Source: Amoebidium appalachense
Taxonomy: Eukaryota; Protista; Ichthyosporea
Direction: 5' to 3'
NCBI GenBank assembly: GCA_963693365.1
Contig: CAVNZM010000004.1
Coordinates: 10,072,468-10,136,467, forward strand
Length of the DNA: 64,000 nucleotides
Shown here piece by piece: positions 1 to 17,690 of this stretch. How positions within the stretch are numbered: the first letter of the stretch is position 1; every line of letters starts with the position of its first letter. The position numbers and the translations under genes were made by a program. The notes below the pieces were generated by a model. That model made no database searches and was not told the DNA's origin. It was given only the letters and a program-made list of their open reading frames with translations.

Positions 1-767
1 TTGGGTGTTTCCGTGGTGGTGGGAATCAGAGTGGTGGTAGCAACGGTGGTTGTGGTGGTTGTAGCCAGGGTAGGGGTGGTGGTGGTGGTGGTGGTGGTCG
101 TGGTGGTCGTGGTGGTCGTGGTGGTGGTGGTGGTGGTCGTGGTGGTCGTGGTGGTGGGCTCAGCAGTAGGCTCCTCCGTGGTGGTGGTGGGGATGGGAAG
201 GGTGGTGGTCACTTCATCCATCTGTGGTGTGACCGAAGTTCATGTAGATTTTGTAGCTTATAATCTGCTCCACGGGCCAAAGGCACTGCCCGGGGCCGGC
301 CGTGCGAGTCTACTGCGTCTGTTCGGCTGTACACACATCGTCCGTGAAGCGATTGAATATGACCTTGCCAGACGTGTAAGACAGGCGGGCGTACCAAGAT
401 GCAAGATCGATGGGCTTGGCGCACGTGTCGAGGGGGAAAGTCTCGCACTCACCCATGATGGGAGGAACCTTGGTGCAGTCATCGTCGATGAACGGGCACA
501 CCTGGGCCGTCTTTGCATCGGACACAGTTGTGGGCTGGGGTGCTGCCGTGGTGGTGGGCACCGTAGGTGGCCTTGGGGGAAGGTTCATCACCGAACGAGA
601 ACACAGCCCAGCGGTTGTTCATGTCATTAGGTGAAAAGGGGGCCAGCACACTGGCCAGCCATGAGGGTCTTGGAGAAACCAGGCTGGTCGAGTTCGTCCC
701 CGTCGGTGCATGCATCGTCCCTGAAGTACCTGTAGGTCACCTTGTTGTTCTGCACGGTCCTTGCTTC
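1..767 (-). pseudogene. Disrupted (or mis-assembled) gene for a Cys-repeat, Thr/Pro-rich mucin-like surface protein; runs off the left edge
   Basis: Minus-strand reading across frameshifts gives two similar Cys modules (KVTYRYFRDDACTDGDE...AGQCAG and KVIFNRFTDDVCTAEQTQ*TRTAGPGQCLW). They are separated by TVPTTTAAPQPTT and followed by PTTTTEEPTAEPTTTT... Needs about three single-base frameshifts (near 640, 565, 245) plus an in-frame TAG (310-312) and TGA (240-242). The 5' boundary is uncertain. Confidence 0.6.
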
Positions 768-2585
768 CTAGGCCTCAGCACATACCGTGTTTCAAGTTCT
801 ACCAACTTAGCAAGTCAAACAACCCAGGAAGGCTTATATGCTAGAAAATTGGTCGAGTAAAAGGGAAATCCAAGTAATTCTTACTCTTCAGACTTTTGCT
901 TATGTTGCCTGTTCCTGTTCTGGAGTGGGACAACAGGTTACAGGCGGGCTCAACTTTCTATTGAGCTTTCTAAGGCGGTCGCGTCGACGTCAGCAAACGC
1001 AAACATTACAACAACCAATCGGCAATCTAAATAACCTTATATAGGTATTTAGAACGTCACAGCACCTTTTTGACAATACTAATGGCTAAAAGTCACTACC
1101 AAGTGTTACCGATAGCTGGGAAATTGCAGGGACCAATAGGATACCCCTGAAACTTTGCAAAAACGTTATTCTATTGGTTTAGATTGGTTTGTTACTTTGC
1201 TATGCCCGAAAGGCGCTTGCTACGAAGGGGTTTACTATTAGGGTCCTGTTAGACTTAAAAAAAATTCTCGACTACTCTTGGATCGCAATCACGCCCTCTC
1301 TTTAGGAAGTTAGCGGAAATATACTCATACAAAAAATACATGCATATAATACAAATATATAAGTAAAAGAAAAAAGAAAAAAAAAAGAAAAAGATAAAAC
1401 AAAAGTGAAAGAAAAAATCCTGGGAGTTCAATAAGTTTTTTGTCGTATATAAGGTGTGATTTCAACATCATTGATGGCCCTTTTTGAGTGACCGTTAGAT
1501 ATCGATCGTTTGGTCCCCCATCAGTTTGGAATTTACGCTGATCTGATTGGTCAAGACAGTATCGATCGGATGTGTTTTTTCTTTTTACTCGGGTTTATTG
1601 ATCCGTTGATGAAGGCAACGTGCAGCCACAGGCTACATAACCACCAATAGAACTGAAAAAGCCAAAGCTACGATTTAATAATAATAAAGCGATAAGTGAC
1701 AAAGGACACCAGCGGGCAAAAATTTTTTTTTAAACCTTAAGTGTACGTGTATGCGTGAAACTAGTTTGCTCCAACTAGTCATATGCATCGATGTTGACCA
1801 GACCACACTCCGCAAGAAGTGTCACATTATTACTGCTCCTTCCCGAACAGGCCCCCCTCAAAACCTACCGAGGCACAGCAAGCAAGTCAGCCTCTAAAAG
1901 AGCAATGCAGACCAAATCTGAGCTAAAAAACAATCCCAACGGGCCCGGCCCCTAGATAACCCGGAGAAACTGCATCTAGCTCTCTGATATGGTGGCCTAC
2001 TTGTGGCAGGACACACAGAAAAACACAATTACAGAATGCATGCAAGCAAACCCGGTCATTGCCATACGGCTGGAGGCTAAGGACTGGCAGTCACTTGGAA
2101 AGCTCCCCGACGACACTTGAAGAAGCCGCCCCTCCACTCACGCAGCGCAGAAGTAGCTAAGAAGTTGCAGCAGCCCACCGATAGGTCGCGTAGAAGCGTA
2201 GACAGCGTGTAGAAGTTACCATAGGTTGCAGTGGACCACCAGGCGTTGAAGAAACCACTTCTCAAGCGAGAAACTCCGCGAAAGGGAGATGCCCCCACAC
2301 TCTCACAGCAGTAGGAATATGTACACCAGGCCACACCACACAGACGCTGCAGTCACGTTCCCCTGGGCCTGATGTATTTTGGAGGGGATCTAAATCGATT
2401 TGATTGGCTGTTCCAACGTTTACCTCTGCTGTCGACGTCTCTTTATGGTTATCTTGTTTCCTTATCGGGCTATTTGCTAATGCTGTCCCCAAGATCTAGG
2501 GGGACCATCCTGTTTCGTGCGTGCGCTCAAGGCTTTTCATTCCGGCTCCTTTTCGCTCTCGCCCCCACACTTGAACAGACTTCGA

Positions 2586-7272
<4,687 letters not shown>

Positions 7273-7895
7273 AGTAGTGAGTGCCTGAGTGTCCCCCGGG
7301 GGGGGGGGGAGGGGGGGGGGGGGGGGGGGGGATGGTGGTGGTGGTTGTTTGGGGAGGGGGGGAGGGGGAAGGGGAGGGGGGGGGGGGGGGATGGTGGTGG
7401 TGGTTGTTTGGGGAGGGGGGAAGGGGAGGGGGGGGGGGGGGGGTTGGTGGTGTGTGTGGCGGAGGGGGAAGGGCGGGGGGAGGGGGGAGGGCACACCGGG
7501 ATGTGGGGGATGTGATTCCGTCCGGTATGCCACTGCTGGAATCAAGGAGACAAAGACTGTAGTGTTAAATTTGCGTATGTACGCCCTCGTCACCATGTAT
7601 GATCGTAGCGACATGTAGTAGACATCTTAAAGGGCCCACGCCGTAGGCTGCAAATAAGAATGTAAATGGAATATCACCATATCATATTATAGTGTTGTAT
7701 AAAACGTGTAAAGATTTCGGTGATATTTACAGGCTGCAGCTACGTAATTGTACAAAATATTATAAACAAGAAAAAAATTTGCTGAAGTCAAAGATCTCGG
7801 GTCATCGATGTCGCATTAATATTACATGATCATAAACACAAGAATTCCAACTTCTTAAGATTACTACTTTTTACATCTGCAGACAATATTCGTAA

Positions 7896-7963
7896 ACCCC
7901 CCCCCCCACACACACACACACACACGTGCACACACACACGCACATGCACATGTAGACACAAAT

Positions 7964-7999
<36 letters not shown>

Positions 8000-8291
8000 G
8001 ATTGAGAGAGAGAGATCTAGCTATGATAATGACATTCGAAGGTCAGAGGGAGAGGGAGGGAGGGGAGAGAGAGAGAGAGAGAGAGAGTGTGTGTGTGTGT
8101 GTGTACACGTGTGTGTGTGTGTGTGATCTAGAGCTATGATCATGACAGCCGAGAAGAAAGATCTAGCTAGAGAGAGGCCGGAGAGAGAGGGAGAGAGAGA
8201 GGGAGAGAGGGAGAGAGCTCGAGGGAGAAAGCTTTGAGAGAGAGAGAGAGAGAGAGAGTCTAGAGAGAGGGGGGGGGGGGGGGGGGGGGGG

Positions 8292-8323
<32 letters not shown>

Positions 8324-9100
8324 GAAGGAGAGAGAGAGGGAGAAAGAGAGGGAGGGAGGGAGAAAGAGAGAGAGAGAGAGAGAGGGGGGGGGGGGGGGGG
8401 GGGAGGGAGGGGGAGAGAGGGAGACCTAGCTATGATCATGACAGTCGAGAGAGATCTAGCTAGAAAGGCCGGAGAGAGAGAGGGGGGGGGGAGAGAGAGA
8501 GAGAAAGAGAGAGAGTGAAAGAGAAAGTCGAGAGAGAGAGTCGAGAGAGAGAGAGAGAGAAAAGAAGAGGAAAAAAGAGACAAAAAAAGATAAAAGAAAT
8601 TACAGGTCTGAAAGAAAAAAGAAGAATCCGAAAAGAGTACTCACAGTCACGGTGTACACACATGTGACACGCACGTGCACACACGTACACACACACACCA
8701 ACACGGTCGACACGCATACATCATGCATATGATGTACACATCTACACACCTGGTGACAATGCACCGTGACAAACACACAAACACAGTGTCACACTTGTGC
8801 AACATAAATTTGCAATCGTTCAATGATTGACACACAAATCACACACATACATACGCGTACGAACACACACACACACACACACACACGTACGCGTGTATGC
8901 ATGCATATGCACGCACACGGGCACATGATCACATGCACGCGTGCACGTGCACGTGTACATGTACACACACAGATATGCACACGTGCACGCACTGACGCAC
9001 ACGCACACACACACACACACACAAACACACACGCGCGCGCACAAACACATGTACACACACACGCACGCACACAGTTTCACATACATTCACACACACACGT
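7896..9100. repeat. Intergenic compound microsatellite block: poly-G, (GA)n, (GT)n and degenerate (CA)n
   Basis: Directly visible. Includes three variants of AGATCTAGCTATGATCATGACAGTCGA near 8012, 8125 and 8421. Confidence 0.9.
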
Positions 9101-9266
9101 AGCCTAATTATGCAATGGCATGCCAACGGTTTCCACGGCCCTCTGAAAAAATATCAGAGGGCCGTCACGTTTCTCAAGCGCGAGGGCTAGCCCGGGCAAC
9201 CTGATAAGTACCATTAAGTGGTACCGTCTCCACCAATCGGAACATCTTTTCGAATCACAACCGTGC

Positions 9267-9605
9267 TGTCATAACGTCCCACAATCAACTCTGAAATTGT
9301 GAATGGGTCTTCATCTCAGGTCCGGGTCATTTCCGGGTCAGAGGCCACAGAGGCCCAACTCACCTATCCATACTTGGTAGCAGAGAAGGTACGATCCATG
9401 CGTACCTCTGGGTTGACCTGGCCTGGGAGCGAGCGCAGAGGCGTCAAAGACGTCGGGACGCCGTCTTCCAGACCGGGGGGTTGTCATCTTCCAGACCGAG
9501 GGGATGTCATAACGTCCCACAATCAACTCTGAATTTGTGAATGGGTCTTCATCTCAGGTCCGGGTCATTTCCGGGTCAGAGGCCACAGAGGCCCAACTCC
9601 CCTAT
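9267..9605 (+). mobile_element. TRIM-like miniature LTR retrotransposon (non-autonomous)
   Basis: Near-identical 101-bp direct repeats at 9267-9367 and 9505-9605, both starting TGTCATAAC. TGGTAGCAGAG at 9375-9385 just after the left repeat is complementary to the 3' end of initiator tRNA-Met (primer binding site). A purine run GAGGGGA abuts the right repeat. No clear TSD. Confidence 0.8.
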
Positions 9606-11418
9606 AATGCATTGCTCAACGCACCTATTATACCTATACGCCAATCAGATGTAGAGATCTAAATGTGAGAAAAGAAGGTCCAAAGCAGCCCGCACAACTT
9701 TGCCGCCTCATCAGACACTTTTCATACCACTGTTTTGAGTGTATGCAGGGCCTACATGTTCGATTGCCATTGGAAATTAGCTTCTAATAAAAAGGGACAG
9801 GTCTTCTAAGCACTCTATATTACCCATTAGCTAGGGTTTTGGAGACAAGCAAAAATATACATCCTCAAATTAGGTTGCGTTTCTTGAAGCCAATAGGAGC
9901 TGCACCCGTTAGCAAGCACCAATCACAAAGCCACACACTTTATGTTCCGGGTTTTGTCGCGCTCTAAGTATTTGAACCCACTGTCCTCCTATACCCATCA
10001 CTGGCGTAGCTTTCAATCCCTTCAAAAGTTTCAAAGGCAATGAAAACCATGATAAGCCATACTTCTGGTTATATTACTTACTCAAATATGACTTTATTTA
10101 ATTTATTTTTTAAAAAAAACACGAAAAGCCATGGTATTTTCCCATGTATTCTGTATCCAGCGTTGGAACGTTGGTCACAATGTTCACTTCCCGGACGAGG
10201 TTTAGGGGTTAACGTGACGCAACTCAACGTGTCTGTAACAACGGGCAACTGAGCAAAAAGTGTGTAAACCCCTGAGCATATACCGGCGCTCAGTTACACC
10301 CAGTAACACAAACGTAGAGGGGAAGGGTAGTGAATAGATTTTGACGTATAGGTAAGGTGTTACTGGCAGGTTGGGGAGGTGAATGAGTAAGTTCTCACTA
10401 ACAAGCAACAGCAGCTAAGAAGTGTTTAAACCAACATTCAAGGCAGTATTTAGCCTATTTGAGTACCACTTGAAGAACCAGAAATTTTCGTTTTTACCAC
10501 AAAAGCTAGAGAAAAAATAAGCCCATAGTGACACTGGATAGGTCGTGCTGATGTCACTTTTTTCTAGCATAGCCGAGGGCTTTTACTCTTTTCAACAAAG
10601 CTCTACCCGGGCACACGCCCCCGCCCTTTTTTCACGTTACGAACATGAAGAGAAAGGTTATGCTCCCCGCTGGGAGTTTGCTCTCAAGAAGCGAGGTAGA
10701 CCTTTCCAGCATGACCAAGGCTAGTATTCCCCTCCCTTGTAATATGTAAATGCTTTCAGTGTCTTTAATTCTTAGCGCTAGGCACAGTTCTCTTCGTGGG
10801 CCAAACCTTGACAGTGCAGGCTTTCATGGGTTGCAAACTGGGCGAGTGCAATAAGTGAAAACGATGTTTTCGTTCAAATATATGATCTCGAGGGCAAATA
10901 CGGGCAATTGAAGAAAAATAGCACTAGATACTAGATTTGTATTGCGTCTTTGCGGCCACTTTTTGGAGTGTTAATTGGTTAGCGAAGATCTTCTCGTCCA
11001 CCTGTTGCACACATTCACGTCGTGCACCTCGGCTTATAGAACTTGGCGCGAAAGTAGTTACTATCTGTAGAGTCATATTGAGAGTTTTTATATCTTCGTG
11101 TAACAACCAAATCCATTCCACATTTTGTTCTTCAAGCGTGCATGAGTCCATTACTGCTATCCGTCAAATCCGTCAAATGATATTCACGTGGTGCACACTC
11201 AGTCAGTCAAGCACATACGGTAGAGCATACGAGTTTGCCAATTGCTATCAATACCCACTCTGCTGGTGACCATGGAGAAATAAGATAAATGGGCGCACGT
11301 ACCCACAGAGCACATACAGGCACTTGTAAGCATGAACTCAGTGCACACATACAGTCCACATACAAACAAAAGTAGATGTGCCTGTACGCATGGTGATTGC
11401 AGGCAGGCAGGCACAGAT

Positions 11419-11841
11419 AGATGCGCAAAGTCACACAGACACAAGCAAGGGCAAGATAACTATTCGGTTGTTAGAAAAAACAGATGGAAGTTTTATCCTT
11501 TTTTTCCACGCTATGTTCAGGCACACGCAAAACATGTTAAGCCTTTTATGGTTTGTTTTCAGTCACGGCTTACAATGCGGGGTTTGCACTATACCCCTCG
11601 TGCACCTTCTAGTCACATCACGCGAAATAAAGATGCGCAAAGTCACACAGACACAAGCAAGGGCAAGATAATTATTCGGTTGTTAGAAAAAACAGATGGA
11701 AGTTTTATCCTTTTTTTCCACGCTATGTTCAGGCACACGCAAAACATGTTATGCCTTTTATGGTTTGTTTTCAGTCACGGCTTACAATGCGGGGTTTGCA
11801 CTATACCCCTCGTGCACCTTCTAGTCACATCACGCGAAATA
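11419..11841. repeat. Two-copy tandem duplication, 212-bp period
   Basis: AGATGCGCAAAGTCACACAGAC...CACGCGAAATA at 11419-11629 and 11631-11841; about two substitutions seen. Confidence 0.95.
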
Positions 11842-12243
11842 CAAGGTTGTGACTTCTATAAATCGACTGAGAGGCTCGAAGTCACTTTTCAATCTTAGTT
11901 GACACAGGCATCTAATGCTAACAACAGCCATGCAAGTATTTATTTTGTTTATTTTCGAAATACGATGACGACTAGATATTTCTCATGGGCCATGGTCACT
12001 AGTAAAAGGTGATCAAAAGCCATGAATAACAGAAGTGCACAAACAACGAAAGACTTTTTTTTTCCCCCTTTGAATCTTGTTTTTCACCATCACCAAAGTC
12101 CAGGGACTTTTAACAGCACGACCCACCACACACACGACAAACGACTTAGTTTTCAGCGAAGTGACTGACCGGAAATATAACAGGGCGGCGGGGTTTCAAA
12201 TCTGTTTTCCCCCTCTGAGGGTGACTTCCCATCCACCCCAACA

Positions 12244-12871
12244 ATGTCACGCAGCTCCACTCCCGACGGACGGCCAATCACCGACCCCCACCCCAAATTA
12301 GGAAGGAGGCTATCGTGTGGGTTGAGCACGGGCAGTTTGAGCGCCCACCGGTCTAAGAGTGGGTTCTTGATTCTGGAGTCAAGGGGGTCCAAGGTATGTG
12401 CTGGGAGGACCGTGGCATGTAGGTGGGGATTGGTGGATTTTGTGGGTGACAGTGTGCGAATTTTGGGTGTATGGGGCTGAGTGGGTGGGTGGGTGGGTGG
12501 GTGGGTGGGTGGGTAGGTTGAGACGGGGTGGGGAGGGGGGGAGACGGAAGAGAGGGGGAGTGTGAGAGGAGAGGGGGGAGACAACGAGATCGGATGGTGG
12601 AGCAAAACGGTACCGGTGACATTTAGACTGCCATCCCTGCTTATAGACTCAAAGTAGGAGGTGGGGAAGGGAGGGAGGGAGGAGGGGGAAAGGGGGGAGA
12701 AGGTGGGGGGGTTGGCACCAAGCTGATGTACTTTCTGCCCCCCTCCCCCCCCCCCCCCCCCCCCCCCCCCCCAAACACCCACCCACCCTACCCCTCCCCG
12801 CCCCGTGTTGGTCTACGTTACGTTTTGCATCGTTATCTTCGGGGCTCCGGATGATGCACCACAGTCTAACC

Positions 12872-12905
<34 letters not shown>

Positions 12906-13740
12906 ATCACCACCACCACGCCCCTTCCCCACCCCCTCCCCACCCCCCACCTTGTCCCTCTCTATCCCCTGCTCTCCTTCATGCCCCAATTTACCCTCTT
13001 CCGTCCTTCCCCTTCCCCCCCCCCCCCCTGCCCCTCCCACCTCCCCTGTCCCCCTTTTCCCCCCGCCCCAAAAAAACAACGACAATCACTCCACCACCAC
13101 CAACACCACCACCACCATCATTTTGCATCCACAGATAACGGACACCCCTGCTCTAAGTAAGGCAGCATACCGGGGGGACCTCAGACTGATTGAAAAACTG
13201 CTGAGTGAGGGTCCATACCTCGACCAGGCAGACTTTGTAAGTTCATGAACTACAAGAAACCCCCCCTGCACGCACACACAAACACACACACACACACGCA
13301 CGCACACACACCACACACACACACACACAAACACCACACAGCTGCACACACACATGCCCGAACGCGTGCGCGCGCACACACACACACATACACACACACA
13401 CACGAACACGAACACGAACACACATGAAAATACCTTAACACCACCACCATTCCTCCTGGGTAGCACATATATTTATAGTGTTGGTGCGTGTAGTATGGAG
13501 AAACAAAGTGTAGAGGAACAGCGGAACTTCTTGGTGGCTGCTCTCATTTGAAGTGATGATGACTAAATCAATTTTAACAAACGCACACACACACACACAC
13601 ACACATACACACACACACACAGGTTGGCCGAACTGCGCTGATGGAGGCAAGCACCACTGGCAAGACTGATGCCGTCCGTTTGCTTTTGGAAGCCGGGGCA
13701 GACATAGAGAAAAAGGACCAGGTATGTAGGCAAGAGAGAG

Positions 13741-13782
<42 letters not shown>

Positions 13783-14760
13783 GTGTGTGCGTGTGTGTGT
13801 GCGTGTGTGTGTGTGTGTGTGTGTATGTGTGTGTGTGTAGAAGTCGAGCTCTTCATTCTCTTCGACCGAGACGACAACATGTATAAGGTGTCTCTTTAAC
13901 ATCATATAATGCATTTGACTGTAGCAGTCAGCCCTCCCCCCCCCCCCTCTCCCCCACCCCTTCCCGACTTGACCCCTCCTGGGGGATGGGCTCTGCTCAA
14001 TGATGCATGTTTTCTGTGTGTGCTTTACACAATTTACATTATGTTGTCGGTGTGAATGTGTACTTCCTACTCAGTGATGCATTCTTAATCCCTTCCCTTT
14101 CTCCTAAAGCACATTCTAACCCCTTCCCCCCCCCCCCCCCCCCTCCCCCCCCCCCCCCCCCCCACCTTCCCTCTGCAGTTTGGAGAGACTGCTCTGTCTC
14201 TTGCCTCCAAGGAGGGCCACACTGAAGTGGTGGACGTTCTGCTCTCGAAAGGGGCGGATGTGAACACGACAAATATGGTATGTGGCGCACCATATTAGGA
14301 AAAAGATTAAAGATGCGCCAATTGAATGGCTGTACCGGGAAGTTGGCGGTGTTTGATGATGTGTTACTTTGGTCGTTGGTCTTTACAGTGGCGGCCGGGC
14401 AGGGGGGGAGGCTGGGGGGGGGGGGGGGGGGGGGGGGGGAGGTGGGTTATTCTGGCGAAGTGGGTGGGATCACAGGAGGTGCACGGGCACGCACAGGCAC
14501 ACAGGCAGTTATTCACATGCTACTTGTGAGAGGGGTGGGAAGAGGGCGGGAGGGGGAACGATTTGTGCGTGTTTGTGCCTCTGTGGTGATGGTGTGTGTG
14601 TGTTTGTGTCCTAGTGGTGGGGGAAGGGGGGGGGGGGGGGGAGGGGGTTGACTGTTGGTCCCAAAATTCCCAAACTCGTCACATCTACTTACCCGTCTTA
14701 CCCCCCTCTGCTCCCTCACTCATCGCGCCCTTGCTTATTCCTCCATTCTCCCCCCCCCCC

Positions 14761-14791
<31 letters not shown>

Positions 14792-15694
14792 ACACACACG
14801 CACACACACACACACAGTTCCATGAGACCCCTCTGATGAAGGCCAGCCAGAAGGGGCAAGTGGCTACGGTGGAATTGTTGCTGGAGAGGGGGGCAGACCA
14901 TTCCATAACAGACACAGTAAGTGTGTGTGGGGGTGTTTGTATGTGGTGGGTGAGTGGATGCACTCTGGGGTTGGGGGGAGGAGGGAGAGAGGAATGAAGG
15001 TGGGTGCCCTTTTCCAGGAAGCCTTTGCCTGATAGTGTGACGTGCATGGGAAAGGGGTGTGCATGCTGGTGCACGTGTGTCCATGAACAAACGTGTACCG
15101 ATGCGCAATTGGCAGTCCACATCCACACATTCATTTGCTTTTTCATTCCCGATATCTTCCGAGTATCATTTCGTTCCCCTCCACCCTCCCACCACCTCTC
15201 ACTTTCAACACACACACACCTCTCCCTCCCCCCGGTACCTCGTTCCTTGTTTTCTGTTGCCTGGGGATGTTTAGAGACAATGACTAACACCTGTGCTATT
15301 TTTAGACGCATGAGACTGCACTGGCCAAGGCGATGCGTGAGGGCCACCCGGAGATCATCTACAAGCTCAAAGAGTTTGGGGCCATGGAGGGGTCAACAAG
15401 GGTATGTGATTTTAAGTGCTAACTATAATTCTTAACCTTGAGAATCTTGTTTTTGGAATTGTATGTTGGATGGCAGTGGAGTGACATGAATGCATGAAGC
15501 AGCTGAAACCCACGGTTGAGCATGGTGGTGGGTGGGGTTTGAGAGATGAGGTGGGGTGGGTTGGGCTTGAAGTTGGCAGGTGTGCCGGTTGTCGTGGTGG
15601 GAGTGTGTGCCTTTTTTTGCCCTTTTTTCCTGGGGGTTTATTTTTTTTGGCTTCTGTGGCTTTCTTTTGTTGTTTTTTTTTTGTTTTTTTTTTT

Positions 15695-15748
<54 letters not shown>

Positions 15749-16711
15749 GCTCTATCAATGTATGCGGCACAGTGACTTGTGCACACCAACACATGGGCCA
15801 AACCCCGACACTAACCGCCTGCTTTGGACGCTCCTTCCCCACCTCCCTCCGTCTTCTTCACTACACACACACACACACACACTTCGCTATCTCCCCCCCC
15901 CTCCTCCTCCTCCCTCCCTCCCCCCCTCCCCCCCCTCCCAACCCACAGGCCACCACCAGCAACCTTCTCTCTCCGAGCCCATCTCCGAGCATCCGAAGCC
16001 GTCGCAGGCGCACGGACCCTCAATCGGGCCGCACACTTGGACCCTCCCCCCTTAAGCGGTCTATGTCCACCCTTAACCCGGCAGACAGGAGGGAGTATGA
16101 GGAGAGGTTGTCGTCGAGGCAAAAACAAATAGCTCTAAGGACAAACTCGATTGACGGCTCATACGAACATGAAGAAAACGGATATTCGGGAGAAAGTTTC
16201 CAAAGCGTGAGCCCCCCTACCCCGCTTACGTCCTTGAGAAACGTGAGGTCGGAGGGGTTGGAGCTGCAGTGCCTCAGGCGGGGATCGCAAAATTCGAGCG
16301 ATGGGTATATGTTTTCGCCCCGATCGGTGTTTAGGACACCCTCGATGGAGAGCAGTGCAAGCGGGTTGCACTTTGGCTTTGACAGCGTGGGGACGTTGGA
16401 GGAGTGTGAGACGGAATGTGGGGATGAGAATCCGGTAGATTTGGAAAGATCGGAACCGCTGGAGCCGGTGGATAGCGAGATCAAGCCGTCCACCTCGGGT
16501 TCCCCGGCCAACTGCCGGAAATGTAGTAAAATGTCAGATATGGCGACTCAGATCGCAGAATTAGCGATTGAACTAGAGGCGGTAAAGGGGGATCGGGACG
16601 CAAAAGAGGGTGAGATCGAGAGGTTAGGTGGAGAGATCAGGGGCCTGAGAGAGCAACTCGAGTCAGCGGAAAAGGAGGTGGGTTAGCTGGGCTTCTTCCC
16701 CTCCCCTCCCA

Positions 16712-16745
<34 letters not shown>

Positions 16746-17690
16746 ACACACACGCACACACACAACACACACACACACACAACACACACACAAAAGCCCC
16801 TACAAACACACACGCCTCCCTAATCCCATGTCTCTCCCGCTCTCCATCTCCCCCCCCCCCCTCCTCCCCCCCCCCCCCCCCCCCCCCCCCCCCCACCACC
16901 ACCACCACCACCATGTACTTCGTACCGTGTTCCGCATTCAAACCCCCCACCACCACCACCACCATCCACCCACCCACCCCCTCTCTATAACGCGTTTTTA
17001 CATCCTTTTTCTCCCTGCCATTTCCTCCCGGGCTCGTCCTTGTTTTCTCTAGCGTAATGACAGGTCTGGGTAAGTTTTGTGCAGGGGATAGGAGGGAGAC
17101 AAAAAGCACACGTTGGTAGTAACCATGGGTTAAAGCAACATGTGTGCTGTGTGCTGCCCAAGTATTTGAACACGTGTGTGAGTACGCCGCTTAGTGGTGG
17201 ATGCATGGAAGGGAGGAACCACGAGGTTACGTGAACAAAAAAAAAAAAAGATGGGGGGAGGGGGGGAGAGAGGGGGGGGGGGGGGGGGGTAAGGCCACAT
17301 ATAAAACATTCAACCTGACAGGGCTTCTTTTCTTTTCTTTTTTTGCAGGTGGAAGACGCACTCGAACGGGAGGCAGCCATGCGGGCCAAGCTCGAGGAAG
17401 TCAAAAGAGAGAAGGAAGAGAGGGAGGCGGCCTCTGCCGAGGACATGAAGGTACTGGTGAGTGCCCTCAGCAGCGTGACAAGAGAGAGGGAGGATGTGAG
17501 AAGAGAGAGGGAGGCGCTGACACGAGAGAGGGAGCTTCTTCAGGCTGAAAGGGCACAACTGACCCTTCTGAGGGCGGGACTGGGGGTATGGCCCTCCCCC
17601 TACTTCCCAAATAGGTTTCCCCCCCTGATTACTGCGACGTGCAGGAGCCATGCCGCGAACCAAACAAGTAGGAATGGGGATAAGGGATAA
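12244..17690 (+). CDS. Ankyrin-repeat (5x) protein with a Ser-rich linker and C-terminal coiled coil
   Basis: Exons 12244-12393, 13135-13236, 13623-13721, 14179-14277, 14818-14916, 15306-15401, 15949-16677, 17349-17690; all phase 0. ANK repeats e.g. GRTALMEASTTGKTDAVRLLLEAGADIEKKD and GETALSLASKEGHTEVVDVLLSKGADVNTTN. A CxxC (CRKC) precedes an E/R/K-rich heptad region. Confidence 0.9.

Noticed and set aside
240-312. Possible stop-codon reassignment (TAG where Gln fits, TGA where Cys fits)
   Set aside because: Other genes here end in TAG, TAA and TGA and have no internal stops, and the same locus also has frameshifts, so decay or error explains it.
2077-2492. Minus-strand ORFs upstream of PHPT1, possibly a 5' exon of the mucin-like gene
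   Set aside because: No recognisable motif, stops interrupt the signal-peptide-like frame, and no splice path could be supported.
10924-11269. Overlapping 75-aa and 110-aa ORFs in complex intergenic sequence
   Set aside because: No domain signature or convincing exon chain. It could be a decayed element but cannot be called.
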